A stretch of DNA of 26,021 nt from Nitrososphaerota archaeon. GTDB taxonomy: Archaea; Thermoproteota; Nitrososphaeria; Nitrososphaerales; UBA57. Positions within the stretch are counted from its first letter, which is position 1. Every line of letters begins with the position of its first letter. The DNA is taken from contig JACAFS010000007.1 of assembly GCA_013378385.1 (NCBI GenBank), positions 1-26,021 of the forward strand, read 5' to 3'. A program made the translations under genes and the position numbers. This document shows positions 25,328-26,021 of the stretch, one piece after another. The notes under the pieces were generated by a model that saw only the letters and a program-made list of their open reading frames with translations, ran no database searches and had not been told where the DNA came from.

Positions 25328-25987
25328 ATGGCGGAAAATATCAAAGTAAGAAAGTTTGGATTAGTAGGGATAGCTAGTCCAATAATCGGAATTTTAGCAG
25401 TATTAGTTTCCATTTATTTCTCGCCGTGGTTTGAATGGCCGATACATGCGCTAAGTGACTTGGGTGTTGCACAAGAAGGAAGACTCATCTCACAATTTGC
25501 ACAAGAAGGTGACACACAGATTGCAGTATGGACATTTAATGGAGGCATGATTGTAGCAGGACTTTTAATAGCAATTTTCGTTTCTTCGACCAGAAAAACC
25601 ATTCCAGATAATTTAATGAGTAAAATAGCATATTCGCTAATATTTATCGGTGGAATAAATCTGGCATTAGTGGGAGTATTTCCATATAATATTTCTGGTA
25701 CGATTCATCAAATTGTAGCAATAATTTACTTTATCTTTACGCCGATTGGGTTAATCATGATTGGAATAGAAAGACGTTCAAAGGATAGGAATTTTGCGAT
25801 ATTTTCGATTGTATCGGGAATAGTTTCATTGGTAGTAATTGGAGGTGCAGTTCTTGGAATATTGGGAACGCCAATAGTTAGCATTTATCCCGAAGGAGTG
25901 GCGATTCCTGAATTTTTAGACGCATTAATTCTTGGTCTTTGGATAGGAATAGCAGGAATAAGAGTTTTCAGAACAGGAAAATTCTAA
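25328..25987 (+). CDS. DUF998-like six-TM membrane protein
   Basis: I use the ATG at 25328 because the track TTG start at 25274 would overlap the SRP RNA. FSPWFEWPIHALSDLGV resembles the DUF998 N-terminal signature. Six hydrophobic helices. Confidence 0.6.
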   Translation: MAENIKVRKFGLVGIASPIIGILAVLVSIYFSPWFEWPIHALSDLGVAQEGRLISQFAQEGDTQIAVWTFNGGMIVAGLLIAIFVSSTRKTIPDNLMSKIAYSLIFIGGINLALVGVFPYNISGTIHQIVAIIYFIFTPIGLIMIGIERRSKDRNFAIFSIVSGIVSLVVIGGAVLGILGTPIVSIYPEGVAIPEFLDALILGLWIGIAGIRVFRTGKF

Positions 25988-25999
25988 TTAGTTTATATA

Positions 26000-26018
26000 T
26001 TTTTTTTCAATTTTTTTT
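26000..26018 (+). terminator. Candidate archaeal oligo-T terminator
   Basis: Two runs of eight T (26000-26007 and 26011-26018) begin 13 nt after the stop at 25985-25987. Confidence 0.35.
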
Positions 26019-26021
26019 AAA

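Noticed and set aside
25219-25413. 64-aa minus-strand ORF, and the TTG start at 25274 of the plus-strand ORF
   Set aside because: Both overlap the 3' part of the SRP RNA. The downstream membrane protein has a good ATG at 25328 just past the RNA.
1-26021. Genomic island or mobile element
   Set aside because: I found no integrase, transposase, tRNA attachment site, flanking direct repeats or phage genes. The gene content is mostly core housekeeping with uniform AT-rich composition, apart from the SRP RNA.

Overview
AT-rich archaeal chromosomal segment. The gene set points to an ammonia-oxidising thaumarchaeon of the Nitrosopumilales type, but that assignment is inference from gene content and composition, not a search. 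Archaeal markers are glycerol-1-phosphate dehydrogenase, proteasome beta, aIF6, prefoldin alpha, archaeal NMN adenylyltransferase, a group II chaperonin homologue and a ~314 nt SRP RNA. About 29 genes are densely packed, many look leaderless, and several overlap by ATGA or TAATG. I found no tRNA, rRNA, CRISPR array, integrase or transposase.

Most of the window is housekeeping: citrate synthase, psmB, rtcA, nadM, a class V aminotransferase, an FKBP, egsA, eif6-pfdA-ftsY, argF and SRP RNA.

Findings worth a second look:
1. An eight-gene translationally coupled operon (1-7676). A PQQ-type quinoprotein propeller is followed by orphan envelope proteins, MoxR, DUF58, a polytopic membrane protein and a large surface protein. 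It recalls the mxa (MxaR/MxaS) maturation cluster of methanol dehydrogenase but has a different accessory set.
2. A thermosome paralogue whose nucleotide-binding and hydrolysis motifs are degenerate. Its start overlaps the stop of a DHA2-type MFS transporter (ATGA).
3. An intact-looking, surface-anchored animal-type heme peroxidase preceded by an orphan Tat-signal protein.
4. An argF gene split by one in-frame TAA, with a conserved C-terminus still in frame.
5. A membrane-tethered three-Cys ferredoxin next to two tandem paralogous 4-TM proteins.
6. A perfect 5 x 24 bp coding tandem repeat at the FKBP C-terminus.

All family assignments come from motif recognition by eye. No database search was run.
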